Below, piece after piece: positions 8,202 to 17,437 of a DNA stretch of 30,333 nucleotides. Under the pieces are notes generated by a model. It was not told the DNA's origin and made no database searches. It was given only the letters and a program-made list of their open reading frames with translations. The first letter of the stretch is position 1, and each line of letters starts with the position of its first letter. A program made the translations under genes and the position numbers. This DNA is from an uncultured archaeon (GTDB lineage: Archaea; Asgardarchaeota; Thorarchaeia; Thorarchaeales; Thorarchaeaceae), in the NCBI GenBank assembly GCA_964458565.1, contig CAYWJO010000025.1, positions 1 through 30,333 on the forward strand, in the 5' to 3' direction.

Positions 8202-8807
8202 ATGAAAATCAAACATAGAATGAAACTATCTGTCTATTTTCTACTCTCTATAATACTGACTCTCACTATAGCACAAGTCAGTGCCAGCAGCGAGAGTATG
8301 AGTAAGCCTTATAGTACGGGAAATCAATGGAGTAGTGCATTTAGTTCTTCACAAGCTTACGAGTATTGGGGACAGGTCCGAGCCTCGTCTTGTGACTCAG
8401 GAGCTGGAAGAGGCGCTTGGGCATACATTGGAGCCCTTGATAGCTTTGGATCTGGACATCAATTCACAATAAGCGCGGATTGTGTTTTGAAAGCCTATGC
8501 TTCTGGTTCCTTGTTCGGGGGTGCACTACTTGAAGTCTATTTCGAAATTCGAGATGCTGACACTCCTAGTACTATTTTATGGTATGAGAAGGTATGGGAT
8601 TGAGTAGTCAGCGCTGGAACAACCAAATCATGGAACAATGTATCAATATCCACTGAGACTCCAACTTCGAAATCTAAAAGTGGCGACTTACTATTTTGCG
8701 TAAGATTCCATGTATTAACAGCTTGGGGCGCGCTCATATGCAGATCGTCATCACAAACTAATCAGATGGCGAGATTGTATGTGAACTCCATTACCTGGAG
8801 TTGGTGA
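8202..8807 (+). pseudogene. Secreted Ser/Gly-rich hypothetical protein interrupted by an in-frame TGA at 8601-8603
   Basis: Signal peptide MKIKHRMKLSVYFLLSIILTLTIAQVSA. The frame stays open for 67 codons after the TGA (VVSAGTTK...ARLYVNSITWSW*). Confidence 0.6.
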
Positions 8808-8846
8808 AATAGAACTCACTGAGCTAAATAACAGAAAACAGGCAGA

Positions 8847-9347
8847 ATGTTGTCAAAGTACATTGTAGAACTACATACTATTGGAAAAGACTACACAGGT
8901 CAAATGCTCAAGAATGCCAAGGCATTAGCACAGTCCCTCCATGACCGTGGATTCCAAGTGATTGGAGAGCATAAGGGCTTTACTGAATCTCATACAATCA
9001 TGGTGGACTTAACTGAAACTCCACTCAAAGATGGCAGCAATGTCGAGGAAACACTTGAAGATGCTAATATAATAATAAACCGAAATCTTCTATCTTGGGA
9101 CAAGAAACGTGGTCGAGACTATAGAACCCCAGGTGGCATTCGGCTGGGTACAAGCGAAACCACTCGGCTCGGAATGAAAGAATCAGAGATGGATGCCATT
9201 GTAGAATTTATTACCAGAGTTGTGATGAAGGAAGAGGATGTCAAGAAAGTAGCTGCAGATGTTTCTGAGTTTAAGAAAGATTATCAAAAGGTACACTATG
9301 CATTCGATACAGAAACAGAAGCCTATGCGCACCTTAGATTCATGTAG
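8847..9347 (+). pseudogene. glyA: 5'-truncated glyA (C-terminal 154 aa, lacks the PLP lysine)
   Basis: From GKDYTGQ (8883) it differs from the intact GlyA C-terminus at 12 of 154 aa. The first 12 aa are unrelated. Confidence 0.9.
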
Positions 9348-9673
9348 AGAATAAGAACCACAGGACGAATTCCCAAATGGATACAAAAGAAGCTCAAGAA
9401 CTCATGCGCAAGATATACTTTGACCGTGATTTAGCTAGAGGACTTGAGCGTACACTCCTACGTACTTTCCACGAACTTGGAGAACTGAGTGATGCTGTTC
9501 TCAGAGGTAATGACCAGAGTCATGTAGAGAGCGAAGTGGCAGATGTCTTTGCATGGCTCTGTTCAGTTGCTAATCTATTAGAGGTTGATCTCTCCGACGC
9601 GCTCGATAGAAAGTATGGGAATGGCTGTTCTAAGTGTCAGAAAATACCCTGTGAGTGTTCCAATACCCCTTAA
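8881..9673 (+). repeat. Diverged direct repeat, copy 2 (glyA 3' part + mazG-like)
   Basis: Homologous to 4749-5540. Confidence 0.88.
9377..9673 (+). CDS. MazG-like nucleotide pyrophosphohydrolase, copy 2
   Basis: ELGELSDAV...EVADVFAW. 56/98 aa identical to 5244-5540 by manual count. Confidence 0.88.
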   Translation: MDTKEAQELMRKIYFDRDLARGLERTLLRTFHELGELSDAVLRGNDQSHVESEVADVFAWLCSVANLLEVDLSDALDRKYGNGCSKCQKIPCECSNTP

Positions 9674-9752
9674 TGCAGTACATTGGTGACTGTGTCAAAA
9701 GGATTAAAAGAATACAGCAATGGAGTGTGTATAAGCCCAGGAGATTGTAACA

Positions 9753-9962
9753 ATGCCAAAGACCGCAAAGAAACGAAAGAAGAAGAAAGGCGAGGGCCCC
9801 ATGCCAAGTGGTGGTGCAGGCCTAATAAGATTCTTCGAAGATGAGACTCCGGGCGTAAAAGTCGGACCTACACTCGTAGTGATCTTTGCATCAATGCTTG
9901 TAATCGCAACAGTGACAGCTCATATTGCTGTGCAGTTGGGATGGATTGCAGCTCTGAGTTAA
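9753..9962 (+). CDS. secG: Preprotein translocase subunit Sec61beta
   Basis: Basic N-terminus, GAGLIRFFEDETPGVKVGP motif, single TM helix. Confidence 0.92.
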   Translation: MPKTAKKRKKKKGEGPMPSGGAGLIRFFEDETPGVKVGPTLVVIFASMLVIATVTAHIAVQLGWIAALS

Positions 9963-10048
9963 AGACAAAGTCATGCCCCAAGGGTTATAAACTAGTCAGA
10001 GTCGGGCCTATAAACCCAGAATTAGTAATTCTAAGGACGTGTTTGAAC

Positions 10049-10330
10049 TTGAAGATGAAGCCAACCATGCGAAAGTACTGCCCTCGTTGCAGGAGCCATA
10101 CAAGTCACAAAGTGAAATTGTACAAGAAGGGTAAGAACAGAAACATGGCCGAAGGAAATCGAAGAATGGCCAGAAAGACTCTGGGTTATGGTTCATTCCC
10201 AAAGCCCATTCAAAAGAGGTTCGCAAAAACAACTAAGAAGAGCGTCTTGATGTACGAGTGCGAAGACTGTAGTTACACATTCCAAACGAAGGGCATGCGA
10301 CTGAAGAAATTAGAGATACTGAGGGGATAG
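10049..10330 (+). CDS. rpl44e: 50S ribosomal protein L44e (eL42)
   Basis: KYCPRCRSHTSHKV, GYGSFPKP, KTTKK..L.YECEDC. Probable TTG start at 10049. Confidence 0.94.
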   Translation: MKMKPTMRKYCPRCRSHTSHKVKLYKKGKNRNMAEGNRRMARKTLGYGSFPKPIQKRFAKTTKKSVLMYECEDCSYTFQTKGMRLKKLEILRG

Positions 10331-10339
10331 GTGTTAAGA

Positions 10340-10537
10340 ATGTCAGGTGAAATAGTCCAACAGCCAAGATCCAAGTTCATACGTGTAAAGTGTCTGGATT
10401 GCGAAAATGAGCAGATTGTCTTCAGTCATGCAAACACAGAAGTGAAATGCTTAAAGTGTGAAAAAATTCTAGTAAAACCTAGTGGTGGAAAAGCAAAACT
10501 TACTTCCATAGCAAGAGAGGTTGAAGTTCTTCCATAA
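10340..10537 (+). CDS. rps27e: 30S ribosomal protein S27e
   Basis: PRSKFIRVKCLDCENEQIVF...CLKC...PSGGKA. Confidence 0.95.
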   Translation: MSGEIVQQPRSKFIRVKCLDCENEQIVFSHANTEVKCLKCEKILVKPSGGKAKLTSIAREVEVLP

Positions 10538-10581
10538 ACTGTCAGCCACGGTCTTATACTGTGACTGGAGGTGTTATAGTA

Positions 10582-11376
10582 ATGGTTCTGAAACGTGCTG
10601 AGTGGCCACAGCCAGATGAATATGCGGTTGCAGTGGCAACAAAGGTAGCACCATATGGTGCATATGTGACCCTCCCTGAATATGGAGATAAAGAGGGTTT
10701 TATCCATATTTCTGAAGTGAGTAGCACATGGGTACGCAACATCAGGAACCATATCAGCGAAAATCAGCGCGTCATAGTCAAAGTGCTCCAAGTTGACACA
10801 CAAAAGAAGCACATCGATTGTTCACTTAGAAGGGTTTCAAGTGAGGCCAAAAGGTCAAAGAATAATGAGTGGAAGAGAGCTCAGAAGGCAGAGAAACTCC
10901 TCGAGCTTGTTGCGAGAGAGAATGAGACGACCTTAGAAGATGTCTATGAAAAGATAGGCTGGCCAATTGAGGATGCTTTTGGTGAAATATACAAAGGACT
11001 TGAAGCGGCTTCAGATTTAGGTGAAGAAGCATTCGAACAGGTTGAAGCCACAAAGAAACTAAAGAAACAAGTCGCAGATTTGGCAAAAGCGAGGATTGAG
11101 ATTCCTTTTGTTGAAATTGATGGCGAGATGGCGATTCAAGTGCCGGGAATAAACGGTGTAGAAGTAATCAAAAAAGCTCTTGGGGATGGACTTACCCATG
11201 GAAAGACACACGAAAAATCTACAATTGAAATCTATACACTTGGTTCACCACGTTATAAACTGCGTATAATCAGTCCTGATTATAGGGAAGCAGAAGAAAT
11301 TCTGTCAGGCATCTTGGATGTTGTCACAAAGACAATTCAGAAAAGCGACGGAATAATTGAATTTTCACGCAAATAG
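10582..11376 (+). CDS. eif2a: Translation initiation factor aIF2 subunit alpha
   Basis: S1 domain YGAYVTLPEY..EGFIHISEVS and GSPRY. Conserved L44e-S27e-aIF2a-Nop10 synteny. Confidence 0.95.
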   Translation: MVLKRAEWPQPDEYAVAVATKVAPYGAYVTLPEYGDKEGFIHISEVSSTWVRNIRNHISENQRVIVKVLQVDTQKKHIDCSLRRVSSEAKRSKNNEWKRAQKAEKLLELVARENETTLEDVYEKIGWPIEDAFGEIYKGLEAASDLGEEAFEQVEATKKLKKQVADLAKARIEIPFVEIDGEMAIQVPGINGVEVIKKALGDGLTHGKTHEKSTIEIYTLGSPRYKLRIISPDYREAEEILSGILDVVTKTIQKSDGIIEFSRK

Positions 11377-11386
11377 GGTGGCTTTA

Positions 11387-11557
11387 ATGTCACAGATATT
11401 CAAGTGCACTTCATGTGGTAATTATACACTTAGGGAAGACAAATGTCCTAAATGTAAGAGTGGTGTGAGTAGTCCACGACCCGCTAAGTTCTCTTTGGAC
11501 GATAAGTACGGAAAATATCGTAGAGAAGCAAAACGTAAGACCAAGATTTCAGATTAA
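11387..11557 (+). CDS. nop10: H/ACA RNP component Nop10
   Basis: KCTSCGNYTL..KCPKC..PAKFSLDDKYGKYR. Confidence 0.93.
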   Translation: MSQIFKCTSCGNYTLREDKCPKCKSGVSSPRPAKFSLDDKYGKYRREAKRKTKISD

Positions 11558-11577
11558 TTTTTGAAAAGAAGCAGGAG

Positions 11578-11601
11578 GGCGATTGAATAAAATCAATCGC
11601 C
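11578..11601. terminator. Hairpin between convergent nop10 and aglB
   Basis: GGCGATTGA-ataaaa-TCAATCGCC, perfect 9-bp stem. Confidence 0.6.
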
Positions 11602-11611
11602 ATCATTTAAT

Positions 11612-14371
11612 CTAGTGCAACTCAGCAGGTATCCAGATCGTAGCCCACTCAGATGCAAAAGTTGGCTCTCCGGAATGAATATTATTCCAGAACAGAAATC
11701 GTATCTGGTAGATGTTTCCACTCGATAATGGGACATCATACGGAGAGTCTTCCGAGTTAAGCGGTATGATGAACTCGATCATTTTGTCGCCATGGGCATA
11801 TTCTGTACTATTTACTCCAGTTGGGTCTAATGCCCAAGAGCCATCGAATCGCAGGTAGCCATCATAGTAATCATAGCCCTGATAGTCCACAATTCGTATA
11901 TCTCGCGTAGCCATGTTATTGAGCGGGGATATCTGGAAACCGAAGGCATCATCGCCTACATCGTAATTCTCCATCTCAATACCGTAGTAGACATGAGTGC
12001 CATTCGCTCTTGTGTACACGGTAGCATCATAGCCGCCTCCAAAGACTACATCGAACGCATCGAAGTTGTCTTCCTGCGTGGAAATCTCACCATCTATCTC
12101 AACGTCTGCAAGTGAGTCACTTGACAGTGGCCAATCTGCATTAGTTCTGTTGAGGTATTGCTCATACATAGTATAATCAATTTCATAGATCTTGACAGTT
12201 CCATATTCAGAGCTTGTGAAGACGAGATTGAATGCTCCGTAGAGACTATTTGGAATATTGGTCACCCAAGGATCGGTCTCTCCGTTTTGCATGTAGGTAT
12301 TATCCAAGTAAAGCCTTGCCTGAGTTAGACCCTTTTCTTGACCCTCAGTTTGAGTATGAGGCTCATCGTACAACATGAGTTTGTAGAGTGTTGATTCGTA
12401 GAACGCTGGCAGCGTCTGATCGCTCTCATCAAGATAGGTAGCGTCATCAATAACATCACTACCGAACTTATCTTCAGCTATACGAACCATCCAAGGCCAT
12501 TTACCTTCGTCGCCACCGAAGTTTGGATGCCTGTGTCCCCAGTATACAAGTACATGGGTTGTGTTCCAGTGCTTGAATGTCCTGAGTGACTCCGTCAGGT
12601 TCGTTGACATCAGCGCATAGCCCATCAACGCTATCTGCGTCGAGTTGAACGTCGCATTATCAACTATCGTTTGTCCGCCACCTGCACCGTTTATCCAATA
12701 ACCGTAGTCCCACCAGCTTGCTATAATTGCTGTATCTGGTAGGACGTTGCGTACAAACGTCATTGAAGTTTGCCAGTCAGTAAATACTCCACCATCTGAA
12801 AGTTGGCCTGCGGCAAATTCAGGTGGGCCCACTTGAGAAGTCGCATAGGTTGTTCCCAGAAGGATATTCACTGATAACATCATTCCTATGAAGAAGAATG
12901 CCGCAATCGCATGTTCGTTTGTCAGCGAAGAACTCATTCTAAATCTACGCCGCTCGAAGATAGATTTCTGTGTGAAGACCTTCGAAAATGGTGAGAGGAT
13001 GCTATTGACTGACACAGCTGAGAGTAATGCAACACCAGGAGCTAAGATAAGACTGAGTCGTATCATACTTCCTGTGAAATATACTGCTGTAATACCGTAG
13101 AGAAAAGCTAGCCAGTCCTCATCCCTTCCACGCTTGTATAGGAAATACATTCCGAGTGGGAAAAAGAAGATTAGCACATTCAATGTATAGTAGAAACTAC
13201 TCCACGGACTTGGTAAATGTTCAGCAACTGAAGCAAATATCCTTTGATCCAATCTGAAGAATGGATTGATTACCGTAAGGAACTTACCACCGATTGTAAC
13301 GATTGGGTTCGAATTGTAGATGTTAATGTCAAGGGATGAACTACCTGCCATGAAAAAGTATGCAGATACGCCTGCTATTGGCGCTACTAAGCCAAGTAAA
13401 ATTGGCTTCATGTGCGGTGCTATAGCTGTTGCTGTTGCTTCTCGGTAACCACCAATTCTTGTCCAGATTTCGTAGACTGCAAGCAGAGCTCCAACTCCGA
13501 TTGGAACCAGCATTGAGAAGGATGTAAGGTCCGAAAATCCAACTCGCGGTACGAGACCACCAACAAATACAGCAAGTGAGAGTGTAATCAAGTAGCTATT
13601 CAGAAGGCGACGACTATATTTTCCAAATATCAGCATGAAGAATGCATACATTGCAAATAAGTCAACTAGATAGTTTGCTGCACCCCATGAACCTATGAGG
13701 AAAGCTAAACTGAGTCCAGCAAAGACAGCGGATGACAACGAGTCCTTCTTTATACTTCGAGTAAAGAAGTACATTGTCAAAACAATAGCAAAAACACCAA
13801 TACACTCGTTATCATAGAACCCTGCAACCGTACGTTGTATGAAAGCAGGAAGAAAGGTCATGAATAGAGCTGTGAGAAGACCCACCGTGTTATTGTGCAT
13901 CTCACGACCCCATAAGAATGCCACAATGACTGTAAGAGCACCCATGAATGCAGGCAATACAAGTGAAACCATTGTTACGTCAACGGTGATACCAAGACCA
14001 CTCAATATGAAGTAGAAGAATGCACTTGTGAAGGGCACTCCAATATATGCAGCCGAGGTCATATCTCTACCATAGGGAACCCATGTATTGATGTCATACC
14101 AGTTGAAAAAGGCGGGAAATCCATTATCGACAATATAGTTTGTCACTTTCAACTGAAACCATGGGTCAAATGCTCGTACGATAGGTTGAGAATTCATTAA
14201 CGGTTCTAGACGCAATAGAAGTGCTGCAAAGAATAGAATGATCAATACAGTAACTACCATTACAGAACCGCGTGATATCTTTGCTTTAGGTCTATGGAAC
14301 ACTTGTCGGAGGAATCTTCCAGCCGATCTCTTGAAACGTGTGGTTCTGGTCATATAGAGGGCTCTCTCCAT
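11612..14371 (-). CDS. aglB: Oligosaccharyltransferase catalytic subunit AglB/STT3
   Basis: AFDPWF, GFYDNE, SVAEH, WWDYG, DNAT.N and GDEGKWPWMVRIA. Multiple TM helices. Confidence 0.95.
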   Translation of the reverse strand: MERALYMTRTTRFKRSAGRFLRQVFHRPKAKISRGSVMVVTVLIILFFAALLLRLEPLMNSQPIVRAFDPWFQLKVTNYIVDNGFPAFFNWYDINTWVPYGRDMTSAAYIGVPFTSAFFYFILSGLGITVDVTMVSLVLPAFMGALTVIVAFLWGREMHNNTVGLLTALFMTFLPAFIQRTVAGFYDNECIGVFAIVLTMYFFTRSIKKDSLSSAVFAGLSLAFLIGSWGAANYLVDLFAMYAFFMLIFGKYSRRLLNSYLITLSLAVFVGGLVPRVGFSDLTSFSMLVPIGVGALLAVYEIWTRIGGYREATATAIAPHMKPILLGLVAPIAGVSAYFFMAGSSSLDINIYNSNPIVTIGGKFLTVINPFFRLDQRIFASVAEHLPSPWSSFYYTLNVLIFFFPLGMYFLYKRGRDEDWLAFLYGITAVYFTGSMIRLSLILAPGVALLSAVSVNSILSPFSKVFTQKSIFERRRFRMSSSLTNEHAIAAFFFIGMMLSVNILLGTTYATSQVGPPEFAAGQLSDGGVFTDWQTSMTFVRNVLPDTAIIASWWDYGYWINGAGGGQTIVDNATFNSTQIALMGYALMSTNLTESLRTFKHWNTTHVLVYWGHRHPNFGGDEGKWPWMVRIAEDKFGSDVIDDATYLDESDQTLPAFYESTLYKLMLYDEPHTQTEGQEKGLTQARLYLDNTYMQNGETDPWVTNIPNSLYGAFNLVFTSSEYGTVKIYEIDYTMYEQYLNRTNADWPLSSDSLADVEIDGEISTQEDNFDAFDVVFGGGYDATVYTRANGTHVYYGIEMENYDVGDDAFGFQISPLNNMATRDIRIVDYQGYDYYDGYLRFDGSWALDPTGVNSTEYAHGDKMIEFIIPLNSEDSPYDVPLSSGNIYQIRFLFWNNIHSGEPTFASEWATIWIPAELH

Positions 14372-14509
14372 TGGGTCTCAAATTCAAGCGTGTCGTTTCT
14401 TGGTTGTGCTAAAAAGGTTGCTGTTAGTTCCACTAATGTACTGCTGCTCAAAATCACAATAGTGCATTACATATGGAGATTAGTTTGATGCAATCTGAAA
14501 AAGAAAATG

Positions 14510-14528
14510 TGCACTGCATTGCAGTGCA
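14510..14528 (-). terminator. Hairpin plus T-tract downstream of gcvH
   Basis: TGCACTGCA-n-TGCAGTGCA inverted repeat followed on the minus strand by CATTTTCTTTTT. Confidence 0.6.
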
Positions 14529-14532
14529 TAAA

Positions 14533-14931
14533 TCAGAGTGATTCGATATATTTTTTGTAGCCCTTGCCATCCATAAGATCTGCTAGCTCAGATTCGAGGC
14601 TGGAGGGTTTCATTTTGTAAATCCAGCCCTCTTCATATGGAGACTCGTTGACCAGCTCTGGTGCATCCTCTAATGCCTCATTGACCTCAATGACCTCACC
14701 AGATAAAGGTGAAAATATCTCAGAGGAGGCTTTCATTGACTCGATAAGCCCACATTCACCATTTGCCTTGACAGTTGCTCCTACCTCAGGAACTTCGACA
14801 TAAGTTATTTCGTGAAGTGAGTTCTGTGCGTAGTCAGTGATACCCACAACTACAATATCGCCTTCAATTCTTGTCCACTCGTGATCCTTTGAATATTTGA
14901 GTTCATCTTTAATTTCTTCGCCATCTGCCAT
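14533..14931 (-). CDS. gcvH: Glycine cleavage system H protein
   Basis: YSKDHEW, VGITDYAQ, lipoyl-Lys IESMKA, VNESPYEEGW. Confidence 0.96.
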   Translation of the reverse strand: MADGEEIKDELKYSKDHEWTRIEGDIVVVGITDYAQNSLHEITYVEVPEVGATVKANGECGLIESMKASSEIFSPLSGEVIEVNEALEDAPELVNESPYEEGWIYKMKPSSLESELADLMDGKGYKKYIESL

Positions 14932-14988
14932 GCGGAATCACCATCAAGTATAGCCGAAGCCTTTGTGTTCCTTAAATTAATTTGCATA

Positions 14989-16137
14989 CTACTTCTTACG
15001 AGTTGCACCATATACATCAGGGTCATAAAACGGCCATTCAGTAATCTCAGCCTTGCGCATCCTACCCTTGATATCCACTTCAATAATATCGCCTACGGCC
15101 ACTGAATCTGGTTTAACATATCCAAGACCAATTCCCTTCATGAGAATCGGGGATAGGCCGCCACTTGTCACTTCTCCGATAATATCGTTTTTGAATACAA
15201 TTGGATAGTGCTCACGAGGAATTCCTCGATCAATCATAACAAAACCAATCCGAGTCTTACGAATTTCACCTTCTTTCTTGTGTGCGTACACTACATCGTA
15301 TCCAAGATAATGAGGGTCAACCTTGAATTTTACAGCATAAGGAATCTGTGCTTCGATAGGGGATGTGTCCTCATTCAATTCGTGACCATATAGTACTAAT
15401 CCTGCCTCTAATCTGGTAGAGTCTCGTGCCCCCAAACCGCATGGTCTTACTCCAAATTCCTCACCCTGTTTAAGTAGTTCTTCCCAGAATCCTATTGCTT
15501 TCTGTTTGCCTTCATCATTGAATGGCGTATCTAGTAATAATATCTCACCACCATCCTCACCAGTATAACCTGTACGACAAAGGTAACATCTTCGATCTGC
15601 CAGACTCACAGGATTACACGTGAAACGACCAAATTCACTCATGTCCTTTCCAGCCAGTTTGGATAGTAGTTTAACGGCATTTGGCCCTTGCACTGCAATC
15701 ATAACAATTTCTTTTGTTATGTTCTCAACAGTAGCCTCAAATTTCTGCGAATAATCCTGCAAATGTGCATGAATTTTCGGACCATTTGCAGCATTTGTGA
15801 CCCAGATGAATTCGTTCGCTCCAACTCGATAGAGCATTAAATCATCCATAATCCCCCCACTTTGATTTAGACAGGTTGTATAATGTCCATCATTTACTGC
15901 GAGTTTGTGCACATTGTTAGTAGTGACCGATTGAAGAAAATCTGCAGCTTGTGGTCCTTTTATGGCGAAACGAAACATATGTGATGTGTCGAAGATGCCG
16001 ACCGCATCTCTGACGACCATGTGTTCCTCTCTGATATCTGTGTATCGTACTGGCATTTCCCAACCGGCAAATGGAATTACATCACCGTGAGCTTTATGCC
16101 ACTCATAGAGATGTGTGCGTTCAAGTTTATCTGTCAT
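14989..16137 (-). CDS. gcvT: Glycine cleavage system T protein (aminomethyltransferase)
   Basis: FAGWEMP, FDTSHM, RTGYTGEDGGE, CGLGARDSTRLEAG. Confidence 0.96.
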   Translation of the reverse strand: MTDKLERTHLYEWHKAHGDVIPFAGWEMPVRYTDIREEHMVVRDAVGIFDTSHMFRFAIKGPQAADFLQSVTTNNVHKLAVNDGHYTTCLNQSGGIMDDLMLYRVGANEFIWVTNAANGPKIHAHLQDYSQKFEATVENITKEIVMIAVQGPNAVKLLSKLAGKDMSEFGRFTCNPVSLADRRCYLCRTGYTGEDGGEILLLDTPFNDEGKQKAIGFWEELLKQGEEFGVRPCGLGARDSTRLEAGLVLYGHELNEDTSPIEAQIPYAVKFKVDPHYLGYDVVYAHKKEGEIRKTRIGFVMIDRGIPREHYPIVFKNDIIGEVTSGGLSPILMKGIGLGYVKPDSVAVGDIIEVDIKGRMRKAEITEWPFYDPDVYGATRKK

Positions 16138-16210
16138 CCAGTAATCACCTAATGAGGGTGTATTTGAGGCCTCATTCAGCTAGGTTTTATTTCCTTCTAT
16201 ACATCATTAA

Positions 16211-17437
16211 ATGCAAGACGTGTATGTTATGAAAAGAATGCCAGTCCAAGTGAAGAATCTCAAGATAGGGTGTGGTCATCCCATCCGAGTCATGGGGGTA
16301 GCGAATCTCTCTCCAGAGTCGTTTTACAAAGGTTCAACTGTAACAACCGAAGAGGACTTGATTACATACATAAAAGAAATGGAGAGAGAAGGAGCTGACA
16401 TTATTGATGTAGGAGCTGCATCAACGTCACCAAAGAATATCTACTCAAGAACTGATACCAATATCGAGGAGGAGTATCAGCGGATTAATGGATTACTTGG
16501 CTCGGTTACTGAAAATACTAAGCTACCAGTTTCAATCGATACAACCTCTGCAAGAGTCGCAGAATCTGCGTTGAATTTAGGAGCATCTATGATTAATGAT
16601 GTTTCAGGTATGCAAGCAGACAAGAATATGGCACATCTTGTTAGCGAACACTCAGTTCCAATAGTCCTGATGGCAAACTGTCAAAATCCATGCATGAGTT
16701 TAGACCAATCATTGAGCGCATTGAAGACCTCATTAAGAATCGCTGAGAAATCTAAAATTGATAGGAATATGATAATAATTGACCCTGGTATTGGATTTGG
16801 AAAACCAACAGATGTTGATCTAAGTTTCATTCGTAATCTTGGTGCCTTCAGACATCTTGGATTTCCACTTCTTGTTGGAGTTTCGAGAAAAGCATTCATT
16901 GGTGATTTACTGAAACTTCCAAATCCCAATGATAGATTAGTGGGAAGTATTGCAGCATCGGCGATTGCTGCGGCGTATGGTGCAGATATAATTCGGACTC
17001 ATGATGTTAAGGAAACAGTATCATCATCTAAGATTGGTGGGAAATTACAGAGAAGAGAGTATATTGAAGACGAAGGCATATATCTACTAGAAATCAGAAA
17101 TGAGAGAGAGGGCGAAATTATCCTAGAGGAAATTGGGGTTAGAGAGGAAATTAGACCTACACTTGCACGTAAATCTTTCACTCTTGGTATTCTATTGAAG
17201 GATATGAAGATACCTTCTGCCCTGATTATCAAACAGGAAATGCTGGCTTTAGGGGGAGATGCAGCTTATCATCATGATACGATTGATTTCGGAGTTAAAT
17301 CAACAGATATTCTCATCATGGGTACTAAATTACAACTCAATCGTCTAGTACGTAGGCTAAAGACTATGGACTACTTTGGTCTTGATAGAATAGGAAATGC
17401 AATTCAAAATCTACTGAGAAAACATGGTGAAAAATAA
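16211..17437 (+). CDS. folP: Dihydropteroate synthase with a C-terminal accessory domain
   Basis: VMGVANLSPESF, SIDT, INDVSG, IIDPGIGFGK, GVSRKAFIG, RTHDV. True start may be 16229 or 16238. Confidence 0.92.
   Translation: MQDVYVMKRMPVQVKNLKIGCGHPIRVMGVANLSPESFYKGSTVTTEEDLITYIKEMEREGADIIDVGAASTSPKNIYSRTDTNIEEEYQRINGLLGSVTENTKLPVSIDTTSARVAESALNLGASMINDVSGMQADKNMAHLVSEHSVPIVLMANCQNPCMSLDQSLSALKTSLRIAEKSKIDRNMIIIDPGIGFGKPTDVDLSFIRNLGAFRHLGFPLLVGVSRKAFIGDLLKLPNPNDRLVGSIAASAIAAAYGADIIRTHDVKETVSSSKIGGKLQRREYIEDEGIYLLEIRNEREGEIILEEIGVREEIRPTLARKSFTLGILLKDMKIPSALIIKQEMLALGGDAAYHHDTIDFGVKSTDILIMGTKLQLNRLVRRLKTMDYFGLDRIGNAIQNLLRKHGEK

Noticed and set aside
8847-9347. Second functional SHMT
   Set aside because: It lacks the N-terminal ~285 aa, including the PLP-binding THK lysine.
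9941-10048. N-terminal extension of L44e; similar extensions on the ABC ATPase (7978-8073), aIF2a and Nop10
   Set aside because: These are artefacts of longest-ORF calling. Family homology begins at downstream starts.
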